From Octopus bimaculoides (Eukaryota), in the NCBI RefSeq assembly GCF_001194135.2, contig NC_068991.1, forward strand, positions 25,549,695-25,613,467: a stretch of DNA of 63,773 nt, given 5' to 3'. Shown in pieces: positions 62,521 to 63,773 of this stretch. Below the pieces are notes generated by a model. The model was not told where the DNA came from and ran no database searches. It was given only the letters and a program-made list of their open reading frames with translations. A program made the translations under genes and the position numbers. The stretch's first letter is position 1, and every line of letters begins with the position of its first letter.

Positions 62521-63182
62521 CCCTAACCTCTGACCCGTCTCAATTTTTCTTTCTTTCTCCACGTCATCCTCCGGCTTTCTACTCCTCCTCTTGTGATTTT
62601 TCTTTCTCCTTGTCCTCCTCTTTCTGCACCTCCCGTTTCTCCTGTTCCTCCGCTTCCTTCTCATTTCTTCTCCCCCGTGCCCCTACTGCTATTCGTATTC
62701 CACTTTGATTATCATCCTACATCATACCCTTAATCTACCATCTAACCCTTACATGCCATCCTTCGCCTCTACACTCCCAGATAAACATCTCTTTCATCCT
62801 GATGGTGACATAAGCCATCTTCCCCTCACTCACCATCACACTATGTCATCACTACGTCCCACAGAGTCTGGAACTCCGACATGGCCTGTTATCTTGATGA
62901 AATCTCATTGTTGCCACTGATATCTGAATTCTTTGCTTTCCATTCCATTTTACAAATATCTTACAAATACTTTCATTTAATGAATTCGAAAATATTTAAA
63001 TAATGATTAAAAAATGCAAATGCAATTACAGGGACATGTACGTTTAGTAACACATTCATGTACACACAAACACACACACACACACACACATACATACACA
63101 TACATACACACACACGCGCTCACGCACTCATACGTACATTGAGACACACACACACGCACAGACACACACACACACACATAGT

Positions 63183-63636
63183 GAAGTGTTGGCGCAAAGC
63201 AGTGTGTAAGTATGAGCAGAATTAGGTAAGTTGAAATACGGTTGTCACTTATTTCAACTGCTAAAAGGCAAATACACGGCAGTCTCCATGACAAACACAT
63301 TTCAGCTTACCTAATTTTATTCATACTTATGCACTACTTACGCTGACACTTCGTTATTTACCTCGGTCAGGCGATCTACTAACGCGAATCAGTCAACGTG
63401 TTGACTGAATTATGTATAAAAGCTACGGCTTTATTAAGTTCGTTTAGATAAGCCTTTCTTAGGTACATCTCATTGATAGGAGCCATTAACTCTCAACATT
63501 CATGTCTGAGATTCCTAATAGAAGGCCACACCTTTTTACTATAAGAGAGATTTATCCTCCACAATAACTGCAGTGTATTTGCCTTTTAGCACTTGAAATA
63601 TGTGACAAGCATATTTCAGCTGACTTAATTCTGCTC
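63183..63636. mobile_element. Nested inverted-repeat (foldback/MITE-like) element
   Basis: 63183-63247 pairs with 63289-63352, and 63214-63280 pairs with 63570-63636. Internal palindrome TCAGTCAAC-GT-GTTGACTGA at 63389-63408. Confidence 0.75.
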
Positions 63637-63710
63637 ACACGCACGCGCACACACACACACACACACGCACACACACACACACATACACACACACACACAC
63701 ACACACATAT

Positions 63711-63748
<38 letters not shown>

Positions 63749-63773
63749 TGGCGCAGGAGTCGCTCTGTGGTAG
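63749..63773 (+). mobile_element. Start of another SINE family B copy, cut by the window end
   Basis: 'ggcgcaggagtcgctctgtggtag' parallels 'ggcgtaggagtggctgtgtggtaag' at 58759. Confidence 0.6.

Noticed and set aside
62401-62664. Arg/Lys-rich protamine-like ORF
   Set aside because: Produced by the purine strand of an 18-bp minisatellite; no splice or promoter support.

Overview
AT-rich eukaryotic genomic DNA, probably from an octopod cephalopod (inference from my recognition of the tRNA-derived SINE families and the microsatellite load; not checked against a database). About 5.5 kb of the window is N, in 15 gaps that mostly abut (TA)n/(CA)n tracts. I cannot support any intact host protein-coding gene. 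Almost all long ORFs are translations of microsatellites or gaps, or antisense frames of retroelements, so the window looks intronic or intergenic. What can be read is a mobilome. It holds one near-full-length but dead R4/Dong-clade non-LTR retrotransposon (RT + CCHC + restriction-like endonuclease, ~21.5-25.5 kb), three more Dong-like fragments in or beside (TAA)n tracts, and one R4-like fragment sitting in (CATA)n instead. It also has two Tx1/L1-clade fragments, a Penelope-like GIY-YIG remnant, a probable RTE-like remnant, a mariner deletion derivative with TIRs and TA target duplication, and more than 25 SINE copies of several apparently modular families. Structures the annotation does not explain: a ~1 kb degenerate 24-bp array built on TAATTA, a perfect 54-bp hairpin, a nested foldback element at 63.2-63.6 kb, and a few isolated candidate exons. 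The best candidate for something undescribed is a guild of microsatellite-targeting RLE retrotransposons in which one lineage appears to use a tetranucleotide (CATA)n target and carries that repeat in its own 3' UTR.
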